This document shows positions 19,053 to 29,439 of a stretch of DNA of 64,000 nt, piece by piece (positions within the stretch are counted from its first letter, which is position 1; each line of letters opens with the position of its first letter). The DNA is from an uncultured Spirochaetota bacterium (GTDB taxonomy: Bacteria; Spirochaetota; Spirochaetia; SZUA-6; Fen-1364). The position numbers and the translations under genes are program-made. The notes beneath the pieces were generated by a model that had not been told where the DNA came from, searched no databases, and worked only from the letters and a program-made list of their open reading frames with translations. The DNA lies in contig CAVTHO010000009.1 of the NCBI GenBank assembly GCA_963734545.1, forward strand, positions 1-64,000, written 5' to 3'.

Positions 19053-19672
19053 GAAAGGTCCCGGCGCGTGCCCTGGTAGAATGCATCGATGGCGGAAGCC
19101 AGGAATTCGCCAAAGTTCACCTGGAAGGGCCTGAGCGTCTCTTCCCGGGCAATGAGCGCGCGCACATTCTCCGGCGGGAAGGCAAGCTGCGAAATGCCGA
19201 TTGCGAGCGCATATACGCCGAGGACGAACGAGAAGCCCCTGCCCTGGAGTCCCTGATAGCGCATTTCAAGGTCAGCCGCGGCACGCTCGGCAAATCCCAG
19301 AAACCAGGCCTTGAGCGATCGCAGGCCATCAGGAGTCAGTCCCGGCTCGATACTCATGTGCAGGCTCGAAAGGAGCCGGAGAAGAAGGCCCCGGCTGGCC
19401 AGGGTTCCGGCCAGGTCCTTGCCCGGCGTGCCCAGAGGGCCCCCGGCGAGCGATGCCCACCATGATTCCATCTCCTCCATCAGCACCGAAGCAAAGAGAT
19501 CCTGCTTGGTGGGGAAATAGAGGTACAAGGTTCCCTTGACCACGCCGAGATCGCGCGCCAGGTCGGCGAGCCTGATCTCCTCGAAAGAGCGGTCAGATAT
19601 CCAGGCCCGGGCATGTTCGATGATCGCTGCGCGTCGCTCTAGCTTTTTCTCCTTTGTCGATGCTCTCTTCAT
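19031..19672 (-). CDS. TetR/AcrR family transcriptional regulator
   Basis: HTH LADLARDLGVVKGTLYLYFPTKQDLF. Confidence 0.92.
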   Translation of the reverse strand: MKRASTKEKKLERRAAIIEHARAWISDRSFEEIRLADLARDLGVVKGTLYLYFPTKQDLFASVLMEEMESWWASLAGGPLGTPGKDLAGTLASRGLLLRLLSSLHMSIEPGLTPDGLRSLKAWFLGFAERAAADLEMRYQGLQGRGFSFVLGVYALAIGISQLAFPPENVRALIAREETLRPFQVNFGEFLASAIDAFYQGTRRDLSHERRSS

Positions 19673-19673
19673 T

Positions 19674-19740
19674 AATGACCCCAGGTTATTAGCATTGACC
19701 ATTCCTGTACCCTATAATATATTCTGACTCGCAGTCATTA
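19674..19740. promoter_or_regulatory. SDR promoter with two candidate TetR operators
   Basis: TTGACC(19695)-N17-TATATT(19718-19723). Inverted repeats AATGACC-CCA-GGTTATT (19674-19690) and TGACT-CGC-AGTCA (19725-19737). Confidence 0.7.
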
Positions 19741-19754
19741 ACAAGGAGACACCT

Positions 19755-20540
19755 ATGAAGAAAGACTTGAGCGGCAAATGGGCCCTGGTGACCGGTGCGT
19801 CCTCAGGAATCGGCGCTGCGCTGGCCCGTGAGCTTGCGGCGCACGGCGCCGACATTGTTCTCGTGGCGCGCAGGCTCGATGCGCTTCAAAACCTCGCGAA
19901 ACAGATCAGCGCGGAGCAGGGCGTCCGGACCCACGTGGAGGCCGCAGACCTGGGTCGGGCAGGAGAGCCGGAGCGGCTTTTCGAGGCGCTTCGCAAGAGC
20001 AGCATCAACGTCTCGGTGCTCGCCAACAACGCAGGCTTCGGCACATACGGGATATTCGACTCGATCGATACGGCCACTGAAGAGGCGATGATCGAGCTCG
20101 ACGTCAAGGCGGTTACGCGCATGACCCGGCTTTTCGCCCAGCCGATGCGCGCCGCGGGCTTCGGACGGATACTCCTGACCGCTTCGGTCGGGGCCTATTC
20201 TCCCTCGCCCCTCTACGCGGTCTACTGCGCCTGCAAGGCCTTCGTCTTGAGCTACGGCGTGGCCATACGGCATGAGCTTCGAGGCACGGGAGTCTCCGTG
20301 AGCGTTCTCTCCCCCGGGGTAGTCAGGACAGAGTTCCACCGCGTGGCAGGTCATGAGAAGAACAGATTCAAGGAAAGAACTGGAATGGACGCCGCGCCTG
20401 TTGCCCGTGAAGCGGTCAGGGGCCTTTTGCGCGGCAAGGCCCAGATCGTCCCGGGACTGGTGAACAAGACCCTCGCCTTCACCACCCGCCTGGCGCCGCG
20501 GCCCCTGCAGGCGGCCATGGCAGCAGGGCTGATGAGCTGA
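19755..20540 (+). CDS. Short-chain dehydrogenase/reductase (DltE-like)
   Basis: TGASSGIG, NNAGFG and the catalytic YCACK; RBS AAGGAG. Confidence 0.93.
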   Translation: MKKDLSGKWALVTGASSGIGAALARELAAHGADIVLVARRLDALQNLAKQISAEQGVRTHVEAADLGRAGEPERLFEALRKSSINVSVLANNAGFGTYGIFDSIDTATEEAMIELDVKAVTRMTRLFAQPMRAAGFGRILLTASVGAYSPSPLYAVYCACKAFVLSYGVAIRHELRGTGVSVSVLSPGVVRTEFHRVAGHEKNRFKERTGMDAAPVAREAVRGLLRGKAQIVPGLVNKTLAFTTRLAPRPLQAAMAAGLMS

Positions 20541-20645
20541 TCCGTCCGGGATCGATTTGCCATCCCCCCCTCGCGGACTTTGCGATTCACATGAGCCCGT
20601 GATACGTTGGAAACATCCGTCGTCGATTACAAAAAGGGGGTAAAA

Positions 20646-21359
20646 GTGATTATTCGCAGGACCGTCGTGATGGCTGCCATGGCCCTGTTCGTCATCGCCT
20701 GTTCGGCGGTGGGTGCCGCGCGTGATGCGCGTCCGGAAGTCACGCTCTGCGCGGACTCCTCCGGCATGAATACGGACCTGTTCATGATATTCGATCTGAA
20801 AGACTCGGGAATTCTGTGCGCGCCAACAAAAGAAATCGTCACGCTTGCCGCGCCCAGTGTGAGCATCAATCCGTTGACAGGGTTCAGTCGCGGGGATTTC
20901 TTCATCAGCATCGAAGAGGGGAAAGGAATGGTGTATGGGAGCTATTCCTTCGTGAACGTGATGGCGGAAGGCGGGGAAAGGACTATCGCCGTCTTCAAAC
21001 GGGCAGGGACCGGTGAGAACAGCATCGGACAGGTAAAAGGAGACATCGTGGTCTCCGACGGGAAAGCGGCAACGAAGATCGGCGACGTCCAGTTCATGAA
21101 CGTCAAGACTGCCGACGGCGAGCGCAGTGTGCGCGCGCACAGGCTCCCGTCAGGATCGGGCCAATGGCTCATCCAACTGGGAGATAAAATACTCAGCGTC
21201 GACGCGCGGGGCGCGCTGAAACAGGTGGGATATGCCGATTGGAGGAAGATCAATACCGCCGAAGGCAATCCCCTGGTCATTATCATGACCAAGGGATTGA
21301 AAAAGGGCGCCGTCTGGACCGGTCGATTCGATGGAAAGCTTTACCGGGACAAGCAGTGA
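20646..21359 (+). CDS. Hypothetical exported protein or possible lipoprotein
   Basis: GTG follows AAGGGGG. Upstream promoter TTGCGA-N17-TACGTT (~20580-20608). Hydrophobic leader ending LFVIAC; beta-rich body. Confidence 0.65.
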   Translation: MIIRRTVVMAAMALFVIACSAVGAARDARPEVTLCADSSGMNTDLFMIFDLKDSGILCAPTKEIVTLAAPSVSINPLTGFSRGDFFISIEEGKGMVYGSYSFVNVMAEGGERTIAVFKRAGTGENSIGQVKGDIVVSDGKAATKIGDVQFMNVKTADGERSVRAHRLPSGSGQWLIQLGDKILSVDARGALKQVGYADWRKINTAEGNPLVIIMTKGLKKGAVWTGRFDGKLYRDKQ

Positions 21360-21425
21360 CCGACTCTCCAGAGAGAGTCGGTGGCGGAAGCCAAGGATCC
21401 TGCCGGCTCGGCCGCCCTTCCGTCT

Positions 21426-22455
21426 TCAGCTCGACTGCGGAGCGCCGTTTTCCCGGACCTTCAACTCCCACATCTGGGTCTTGGGATTGCGTGACATCGA
21501 GTCGAAACCCACGTCGAGCACACGACCGCTCTCGCTCTGGAAGCGCACCCGACGGGCAAGCACGTTCATTTCCGTGACCCTGAACTCCTCCCCTTCGAAC
21601 TGGACCCTGGTCCCCATGCTGGGAAGCGTCTGGCGCGCCTCGCGGTAGACGTCGAACTCGTAGGAGAGGCAGCAGAGGAGGCGGCCGCAGGGCCCCGAGA
21701 TCTTCATGGAGTTCAGGGTGAGGTTCTGCTCCTTGGCCATCTTGATGGACACGGGCCGCAGCTTGTCGGTGATGGCATTGCAGCACAGGGCCCTGCCGCA
21801 GATGCCCACGCCGCCCACCACCCGCGCCTCGTCCCTGCACCCCGATCTGGCGGAGCTCGATGCGCATCTTGAACACCGCCACGAGGTCCTTGACCAGCTC
21901 CCGGAAATCGACGCGGCTCTCCGCCGTGAAGAAGAACAGGATCTTCTGCTCGTCCAGCAGGTAGTGGGCGCTCACCAGCTTCATGTCCAGGCCGTGATGC
22001 TCGATCTTCTCCCGGCACACCTCGAAGGCGCGCTCCTGCTTCATGTCGTTCTCTTCCACGCGCGCAAGGTCGGTGTGACTCGCGATGCGGACGATCGTGC
22101 GCATCTCTCCCGCCGGCCCGGCCGTCTCGGTTTCCTTGCCGAGGACCTTCCCCAGCTCATTGCCGTAGCGCGTGGAGATCACCACGGTGTCCCCGACCGC
22201 GGGCTGCAGGCCCGCCGGGGCCGCGCAGAACTCGGTGGCGCTCGAATACAGGACCTTCACCCGCCAGACGGCGCGGCCCTCGGCCAGGAGGCCGGGCTCT
22301 CCGGCCTGCTCCGGGACCGGCTGGGGCATGCCCGGCCGCTGGGGGGCTGCCGTGGCAGGACCCGCTGCGGCGAAAGCTGCGCGTTCGGCCGCCTCGTCCT
22401 CGGCAGCCGCGTCGGTCTCGGGATCCTGCTTCATGATATCGTCGTCATCGCTCAT
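21426..22455 (-). CDS. ricT: PSP1 domain protein (RicT/YaaT family), frameshift at ~21838
   Basis: FFFTAESRVDFRELVKDL..RIELRQIG, GICGRALCC and KISGPCGRLLCCLSYE. Confidence 0.88.
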
Positions 22456-22483
22456 GCGTCGATTCTCCTCTTCTGCCGGCGGC

Positions 22484-22969
22484 TCAGGACACGAGGTTGA
22501 CCAGGAGGCCATTGATCTCGTCGATCTGGGCAAGGATGGCAAGCTGCTCTTTCTGCGCCGCCAGCACCGAAGCAGCGAGAGCCTCCAGTTTTTCGTCGAT
22601 CACCTTCACCAGGGTGAAGCGCTTCCGCTTCATGATGTTCGCCCCCGAGGTGGTCTCCTCCGTCGCCATGCTGTGCTGCACCGCGTACGTGATGAATGCC
22701 TTGACCTTTTGCCGATAGTCCCTGATCGCTTCCATGGTGATCGATTTCTTCAATCGATCACCGGACGAGAATACCGCGTCCAGCAGGTCCTCGATACCGC
22801 GGTGCTGCCCGGCCCCGGAAAGGTCCGCAGGTACCGGCTCTCCGTCCTCCGCCGCCGACTCCACGAGCTGGGAAAAAGTTTTCCGCCGGGCCTTTTCCTT
22901 CTTGCCCGTCTTCTTCTTGTCCGGAACGGGATATTGATAGGCCTCGCCGAGGGAATCGATGCGTGACAT
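22484..22969 (-). CDS. YaaR/DUF327 family protein
   Basis: GDRLKKS...YRQKVKAFI...VKVIDEKLEALA...IDEINGLLVNL. Confidence 0.8.
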   Translation of the reverse strand: MSRIDSLGEAYQYPVPDKKKTGKKEKARRKTFSQLVESAAEDGEPVPADLSGAGQHRGIEDLLDAVFSSGDRLKKSITMEAIRDYRQKVKAFITYAVQHSMATEETTSGANIMKRKRFTLVKVIDEKLEALAASVLAAQKEQLAILAQIDEINGLLVNLVS

Positions 22970-22982
22970 CGAAGAGGAGACG

Positions 22983-23427
22983 TCAGTGCTTCTGACCCTG
23001 GAGCACGGACTGCCTCCGCCGGCTGCGGTGCGGCCGCCAGTTTCTGGCCATTGGCGCGCGCGTGGCCATTGTCCGTCGGCGAGGGCGTCGTGATCCTGCA
23101 GGAGCCGTTGAAGATCACTCCCTCCTCCACGATCAGGCGGGGAGTGGTGATATTGCCCAGAACGAGCCCGGTGGACAGGATGATGACCTTTTCCGAGGAG
23201 ACGATCTCCCCGCGCACCACGCCACCCACGACCACCGTGCCGGCGTTCAATGTGCACTCCGCCCTGCCGTTCTTGCCCACGAGGACCTTGCCCTTCGTGC
23301 GGATGATCCCGGTGAAATCGCCGTCGATACGGAGGAGGCCGTTCAGATCGAACTCTCCCTTGAACTTCGTGCCTTCCCCGATGATCGAGTTTATGAAGGC
23401 ATCGTCGGTCACGTGGGAGTCGCTCAA
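22983..23427 (-). CDS. Bactofilin (polymer-forming cytoskeletal protein, CcmA-like); 3' end uncertain
   Basis: [23 protein letters not shown]...[18 protein letters not shown]. As sequenced the ORF runs to 22750 across yaaR; a TGA in the adjacent frame at 22983-22985 is the likely true stop. Confidence 0.85.
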
Positions 23428-24466
23428 TCGCTGCTCCTTCCGCCCACGGACATGACGGCCAGGTCAGAGCTCATGGAAAGGAAGGTCATCGGGTCCAGGT
23501 AGCTCGAGCCGAGACGGACCTCGTAGTGCAGGTGCGGCCCGGTGGAGAGCCCCGTGCTCCCGACGTAGCCGATGATGTCGCCGCGGCTTCACCTGGTCTC
23601 CCTTGTGCTTGCCGGCAAAGGAGCTGAGGTGCGCGTACCGCGTGTAGAAGCCGTACTTGTGCTGGACAGTCACGTAGTTGCCCAGGTCATCCGAGCTAGC
23701 GCGTCTCCACGATCTGGCCGTCCGCGGTGGTCACCACCGGCGTGCCCATGCCCCAGGCGATGTCCACTCCCGTGTGCATGTAGCCCAGGTGGGTGAAGGG
23801 GTGGATGGTCCAGCCGAAGCGTGTCGTGATGTTTCCGTGGGCCCCCTTCAAAGGCCACAGGGTGGGCGTTTCGGCGAGCAGGGACTTGTAGGTGGACAGG
23901 ATCTTGCTTATCTCGTCCAGCGGCGCCTTGGAGTTGTCCAGGAGGCTGGTGAGGCTTTTCAGGTCACTCAGCTCCTTGTTTTCAGTTGCCGGATCCTCCT
24001 GGGCGAGGAAGTTCGCAGCCACACCGCCGGTGTTCGCCGCCGCGACCGCTTCCTGGTTTCCGATTGCGGCCATGACACTGTCAATGCTGGTCTTGAAGTG
24101 CTTGCCTGCCGCCCGGATGGCGGCGATCTCGTCCTTCAGGCTGGTGAGGGTTGCCTGGTTTGCGATCTGCTCCTGGGTGAGCTTGACGTTCTGTCCGTTC
24201 GTGTAGGTGAAGCTGGTGGCGAGAAAAAAGAACCCCACGAGAATGATGCCGAGCGTAAAGGTGACGAATATGAGGGTGAAAAACGAGATCTGAAAGTTGA
24301 AGATCTTCTTTTCCGAATGGGGAATGAGCATGACGGTGAACCGCTGCTTCCCCTTGATCATGATGTACCTGAAGAAGTTGCCTATGGAAACCCAAATACG
24401 CCGAAACCAGGACCCTACCCTGTCGGCGATTTCTTTCTCGACCTTCTTGTACTGGGTGACAGGCAA
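23424..24466 (-). CDS. M23 family metallo-endopeptidase, 2 frameshifts (~23698, ~23586)
   Basis: TM helix plus coiled coil, HTGVD, YAHL and [14 protein letters not shown] start follows GGAAGGA; TTGA overlap with bactofilin. Confidence 0.88.
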
Positions 24467-24527
24467 GTCGTCTTCCTTCCATCTATCTGCGATGGTCTTA
24501 TCCAAATAGTATATGAAAATCCGTGAA

Positions 24528-24556
24528 ACGTTACCATAGTGAAGTTGTTTTGTCAA
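24528..24556 (-). promoter_or_regulatory. Sigma70 promoter of the M23-bactofilin operon
   Basis: TTGACA-N17-TAACGT with an extended TG, in an AT-rich intergenic region. Confidence 0.65.
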
Positions 24557-24737
24557 ATAGAGGCCCTCCAAACGCGCCGAATGACGCCCCCGGACGGCAG
24601 AATCGGGGTGCCGGCGAGTCAAATCTGCCTCCCTGACAAAAAAGGGTTTGACTTGTCCCTCTCAATCATGGTAAACTTCGGTCAAATCGAGAGATGAGAG
24701 ACGAACTCTTTCGAAATCTATACTCTGACGGAGATCT

Positions 24738-25508
24738 ATGCGCTATTTCGATACGCACGCACACATCGGCCTCATCACGGAAGATCCGATCGATCAGCTG
24801 ATCATCGTGCAGGAAGCCCGTCAGGAGGGGGTCCAGCACCTCGTCACTGTCTCCAATAATCTCGTCGATTTCGCCCAGCTCTATGAGAATCTGAAGACGG
24901 AAACCCAGATCTACCACAGCATCGGCATCTCCCCCTCCTCGGTGGTCCAGCCGGGAGACGACTGGGATGCCAAGATCGAGGATGGCACGCGGCTGGAGCG
25001 TGTCGTGGCAATCGGGGAAATCGGTCTCGATTATTATCGGAAGTTCGGTGACCGCGATTCGCAGGTGGAGCTCTTCATCCGGCAGCTGGAGCTCGCGGAG
25101 AAGCTCAACCTCCCGGTGATCATCCACAACCGGGATGCGGGGTCGGACGTGCTGGAGATCCTCCGCGAGCGCCTGCCTCGCAGGGGCGGGATCCTGCACT
25201 GCTACTCTGAAGACTACGAGTACGCGAAAAAAGCCCTTGATCTGAACCTCTGGATATCATTTGCCGGCAACGTCACCTATCGCAATGCCAGGAACCTCCA
25301 GGACACGGCAAAGAAGATCCCCGCGGAGAGGATGCTCATCGAGAGCGAGGCCCCGTTCATGGTGCCCGCTGTTCACCGCGGCAAGCGCAACAAGCCCTCG
25401 TACATCAATGAGACGGCAGCCTTCATCGCCCAGCTGCGGGAAGTCCCCGTGGAGGACCTGACCGAAATGCTGTACGCAAACAGCCTCAGGATCTTTGGGC
25501 TCTCTTAA
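24738..25508 (+). CDS. tatD: TatD family DNase
   Basis: FDTHAH, AIGEIGLDYY, IIHNRDA, GILHCYS and LIESEAP. Confidence 0.93.
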   Translation: MRYFDTHAHIGLITEDPIDQLIIVQEARQEGVQHLVTVSNNLVDFAQLYENLKTETQIYHSIGISPSSVVQPGDDWDAKIEDGTRLERVVAIGEIGLDYYRKFGDRDSQVELFIRQLELAEKLNLPVIIHNRDAGSDVLEILRERLPRRGGILHCYSEDYEYAKKALDLNLWISFAGNVTYRNARNLQDTAKKIPAERMLIESEAPFMVPAVHRGKRNKPSYINETAAFIAQLREVPVEDLTEMLYANSLRIFGLS

Positions 25509-26514
25509 GACCGTCCTCTATCATCCGGTCCGCATCTCCTCCCCGCAGGGCGGCACTGCCCGAGTTTCCCTGACCGTGCCGGGCAATGTGTGGCTGGCGC
25601 CGATGGCCGGCTACACGGACGCCGCGTTTCGCACCGTGTGCGCGCGCCAGGGCGCGCCGCTCTGCTTCGCAGAGATGGTATCCGCCGACGCGCTCTCCCG
25701 TGACAACGGGACGACGCTCCGCCTGCTGGCGCGCGCTCCCCAGGAATCGCTCGTCGGGTACCAGATCTTCGCTTCGAGCGCCGCCACGGCGGGTGCGGCC
25801 GTGAGGCGGATTGCGCCGCGCGCACCCGCCCTCATCGACCTGAATTGCGGCTGCTCGGTTCCCAAGGTGCTCAAGGCCGGCTGCGGCGCTGTTCTCCTGA
25901 GCAATCCGCCGCTCATCGGGGCCATGGTCGCGGCCATGAAAGCGGAGACCGATATCCCCATCTCGGTGAAGCTGCGCTCGGGCCGTGACTCCTCCTCCCT
26001 CAATTTCCTCGATTGCGCCGAGGCGGCATGGGCATCCGGCGCTTTGCTCGTGACGCTGCATCCTCGCACGCGCGTGCAGGGCTTTTCCGGCAAATCGGAA
26101 TGGGATCACATACGACGTCTGAAAGAAGTCTGCCCGGTGCCGGTGTTCGGCTCGGGAGACCTCTTCACGGCAGCGGACTGCGCGGCCATGCTCGAGAGGA
26201 CGGGCTGCGACGGCGTGATGCTCGCGCGCGGCTGCCTGGGCAACCCCTTCCTCTTCAGGCAGGCGGAGGCGTTGCTCTCCGGTCAGGGGGACATGCCCGT
26301 GCTCGACGCACGGGAGAGGCTGGAGACGGCCATGGAGCATCTGGAGATGCTCGCCCTCTCTGCCGGTGAGCAGAAGGCATGCCGCGACATGAGGAAGCAT
26401 TTCGTCGCTTACACGAAGGGAATGCCCGGAGGCTCCCTGCTCAGGCAGAGCGTGGTCACCGCGGAAACCATCTCGGAATACCGGGACATCGTCGAAAGCT
26501 ATCTGCGCGATTAG
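25495..26514 (+). CDS. dusB: tRNA-dihydrouridine synthase (DusB-like)
   Basis: LAPMAGYTDAAFR, IDLNCGC, VKLRSG, TLHPRTR and DGVMLARG. Start uncertain. Confidence 0.9.
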   Translation: MGSLKTVLYHPVRISSPQGGTARVSLTVPGNVWLAPMAGYTDAAFRTVCARQGAPLCFAEMVSADALSRDNGTTLRLLARAPQESLVGYQIFASSAATAGAAVRRIAPRAPALIDLNCGCSVPKVLKAGCGAVLLSNPPLIGAMVAAMKAETDIPISVKLRSGRDSSSLNFLDCAEAAWASGALLVTLHPRTRVQGFSGKSEWDHIRRLKEVCPVPVFGSGDLFTAADCAAMLERTGCDGVMLARGCLGNPFLFRQAEALLSGQGDMPVLDARERLETAMEHLEMLALSAGEQKACRDMRKHFVAYTKGMPGGSLLRQSVVTAETISEYRDIVESYLRD

Positions 26515-27853
26515 CGTCGCCGCGCGGCCGCATCACGTGGCCCTGCTTCCGGCGCTCTTCCCACCAGAGTATCCTTTTTGCGACTGTTTTTTCGAATCCG
26601 AACTCCGAGGGTACGTAATACTTCCTGCCCTTCAGCCGGGGAGGAAAATACTCCTGGCTCACGACCCGGCCCTCGTGATCGTGCGGGTAGAGGTATCCAT
26701 CCCCGTAGCCGGCTTTTTTCATGAGCGAAGTGACAGGGTTCCGCAGATACAGCGGCACGGGATCCGCGCTGAACTCATGCGCGTCCTCGCGGGCCTTCGT
26801 GTAGGCCGCATATATCTCGTTGCTCTTCGGCGCGGTGGCCAGGTACACGACGGTCTGGGCAAGGGCGAGGTCCCCTTCCGGCATCCCGAGGAAGTGGACC
26901 GCTTCCTGGGCCGACAGAGCGACCACGAGCGCCTGGGGATCTGCCATGCCGACGTCCTCCGAGGCGATCCGCAGGAGCCTCCGCGCGATGTACAGCGGGT
27001 CCTCCCCGCCCTCGAGCATGCGCGCGAGCCAGTACAGCGAGGCATCGGGGTCCGATCCTCTGACGCTCTTGTGCAGGGCGGAGATCAGGTTGTAGTGGCC
27101 TTCGCCGTCCCGGTCGTAGTCGGGGAGACGGCCCTGGAAGACCGCCTCCAGGCGGTCCCGGGTCAGGACGATCTTGCCGTCCGGTGCCGCTTCCCCGGCG
27201 GCGGATTCCACGAGCATCTCCAGCGTGTTCAGCGCGGTGCGGCAGTCCCCCTGCGCATAGCGCGCGATGATTTCCAGCACCTCCGGCGCGTATTCGACCG
27301 CGCGTCCGCCGTATCCACGCTCGCTGTCCACGAGCGCGCGGCGCATGACCTCGCGGATTTCCTCCTCGTCCAGGGTATCCAGAATGAAGACGCGTGAGCG
27401 CGACAGCAGGGGGGAGACGATCGAAAAGGAGGGGTTCAACGTGGTCGTGCCGATCAGGGTGATCACGCCCTTTTCCACGTACGGAAGGAAGGCGTCCTGC
27501 TGGGCCTTGTTGAACCGGTGGATCTCGTCTATGAAAACGAGGTTCTTCCCGGTGGTCTCTGACTCGAGCTTCATGAAGAGGTCCTTCAGCTCGCGGATGC
27601 CCGATACCACTGCGGAGAAGAAGTGGAACGCGTACTGGAACCGATTGGCGATGATGCGCGCGAGGGAGCTCTTGCCGCAGCCCGGGGGGCCCCAGAAGAT
27701 CAGGGAAGGCAGGTGCCCCGAGTCCAGGACCAGGCGCAATGCCTTGCCCGGCCCGAGGATCCGGGTCTGGCCGACGAACTCCTCCAGGGTGCGCGGCCGC
27801 ATGCGCTCCGCCAGGGGCTCACGTGATGACTGCGGAACGACCGGAGCATCCAT
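26456..27853 (-). CDS. rarA: Replication-associated recombination protein A (MgsA/RarA AAA+ ATPase)
   Basis: PLAERMRP, GPPGCGKS, FIDEIHRFNKAQQD and YNLISALHKSVRGSDPDA. Confidence 0.95.
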   Translation of the reverse strand: MDAPVVPQSSREPLAERMRPRTLEEFVGQTRILGPGKALRLVLDSGHLPSLIFWGPPGCGKSSLARIIANRFQYAFHFFSAVVSGIRELKDLFMKLESETTGKNLVFIDEIHRFNKAQQDAFLPYVEKGVITLIGTTTLNPSFSIVSPLLSRSRVFILDTLDEEEIREVMRRALVDSERGYGGRAVEYAPEVLEIIARYAQGDCRTALNTLEMLVESAAGEAAPDGKIVLTRDRLEAVFQGRLPDYDRDGEGHYNLISALHKSVRGSDPDASLYWLARMLEGGEDPLYIARRLLRIASEDVGMADPQALVVALSAQEAVHFLGMPEGDLALAQTVVYLATAPKSNEIYAAYTKAREDAHEFSADPVPLYLRNPVTSLMKKAGYGDGYLYPHDHEGRVVSQEYFPPRLKGRKYYVPSEFGFEKTVAKRILWWEERRKQGHVMRPRGDANRADSFRRCPGIPRWFPR

Positions 27854-27966
27854 CGTTCCGAGGGTACCACCGCCGCGCCGAGCCGGTCAATGAAGCGGGG
27901 GCGGCGGCCCGCGGCCGCGCGGTGTCCCGGGTTGACTCGCGGGGCGGTTTCGTGTTTCATTCCGGC

Positions 27967-29403
27967 GTGGTAGACGGCGGCCACTCCCTCCGGCATCACT
28001 GCGGCATCGTGGGGATCTCCTCGCGGGAAGAAGTCAACATGCCCGAGCTGCTCTTTTACGGACTGTTCTCCCTGCAGCATCGCGGGCAGGAGAGCGCGGG
28101 GCTGGCCTACCGCGGGCAGGGCAAGATCAAGTCCTACCGAAGCGTCGGCATGGTGAGCACGGCCCTTTCCCACTACCTGTCGGAGAGCCACCCCTCGAAG
28201 CTGGGGATCGGGCACGTGCGCTACTCCACCCACGGCACCAACAAGCTGGAGAACGCGCAGCCGATCGTCGTCTCCTGCAGCAAGGGGGAGATCTCCCTCG
28301 CCCACAATGGCAATATCTCGAACTCCGAGCTCCTCCAGCAGCGCCTCATTTCGGAAGGCTCCATCTTCCAGAGCACCACCGACACCGAGCTTCTCCTGCA
28401 CATGATTGCCCGGTCACGGCAGACGAGCTTTCGCGACGCTCTCGTGGAGTGCCTCGGCCTCATAGAGGGAGCGTATTGCTTTCTCCTGATGCACGACGAC
28501 AAGTTGTATGCCGTGCGGGATCCCTACGGCTTCCGGCCGCTGGTCATGGGCAGCAGGGACGGCCAGGTCATGTTCGCCTCGGAAACCTGCGCGTTGAACA
28601 TGTTCCAGGCAGGAGACATACGCGAAGTCGAGCCGGGGGAAATGGTGACGGTGGAAGGAACGAAGATCACCTCGGAAAGGCTGCCGGCACCAGCGGCGAA
28701 CGCGCCTCCACGGAGCCCCGACACTCCGCAGCCTCGGCGGGCGCACTGCGTCTTCGAGTTGATCTATTTCGCGCGGCCGGACTCCGAAGTCTTCGGCCGG
28801 ACGGTGCACATGGCGCGCAAGAAGATGGGAGAAATGCTCGCCCGCTCCGATAAGGTGGAGGCGGACATCGTCATTGCGGTGCCGGACTCCGGTACCAGCG
28901 CGGCGCTGGGGTACTCCCACGCATCGGGGATCCCGCTGGAGCAGGGTCTGACGCGAAATCACTACATGGGTCGCACATTCATCCAGCCCACTCCCGCCAT
29001 GCGGGAAGCCGGTGTGCGCATGAAGCTGCATCCCGTGCGGGAGGCAATCGCGGGCAAACGGGTCGTCGTCATCGATGACTCCCTCGTACGCGGCACGACT
29101 TCGCGACAGATCGTGAAGCTCCTGCGGGAGGCGGGGGCCCGGGAAGTCCATCTCCGCCTGTGCTCTCCGCCGGTGCGCTATCCCTGCTTCTACGGAATCG
29201 ACATCCCGACGCATGAAGAGCTGATTTCGAACCGGCTGGATCCGGAAGGGATTGCCCGGGAAATCGAGGCGGACTCCGTGCGGTTTCTCTCCATGGAAGC
29301 CCTCCGGCAGTGTGTGCCCAATCCGGAAGACTTCTGCTATGCATGCTTCAGCGGCGAGTATCCCACCCCGGTGCGGGATGCGCCGGTGAGCAAAAAGTGC
29401 TAG
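27967..29403 (+). CDS. purF: Amidophosphoribosyltransferase
   Basis: Propeptide then CGIVG, LQHRGQESAG, GHVRYST, CVFELIYFARPDS, the PRPP loop VIDDSLVRGTTS and the Fe-S cysteines CYACF. Confidence 0.96.
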   Translation: MVDGGHSLRHHCGIVGISSREEVNMPELLFYGLFSLQHRGQESAGLAYRGQGKIKSYRSVGMVSTALSHYLSESHPSKLGIGHVRYSTHGTNKLENAQPIVVSCSKGEISLAHNGNISNSELLQQRLISEGSIFQSTTDTELLLHMIARSRQTSFRDALVECLGLIEGAYCFLLMHDDKLYAVRDPYGFRPLVMGSRDGQVMFASETCALNMFQAGDIREVEPGEMVTVEGTKITSERLPAPAANAPPRSPDTPQPRRAHCVFELIYFARPDSEVFGRTVHMARKKMGEMLARSDKVEADIVIAVPDSGTSAALGYSHASGIPLEQGLTRNHYMGRTFIQPTPAMREAGVRMKLHPVREAIAGKRVVVIDDSLVRGTTSRQIVKLLREAGAREVHLRLCSPPVRYPCFYGIDIPTHEELISNRLDPEGIAREIEADSVRFLSMEALRQCVPNPEDFCYACFSGEYPTPVRDAPVSKKC

Positions 29404-29439
29404 GCACGGACGGGAAAGCCGCGGCATCAACCAGGAAGT

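Noticed and set aside
22750-22982. Long bactofilin C-terminal extension overlapping yaaR
   Set aside because: The extension is an alternative-frame translation of yaaR and is probably caused by an indel before the TGA at 22983-22985.
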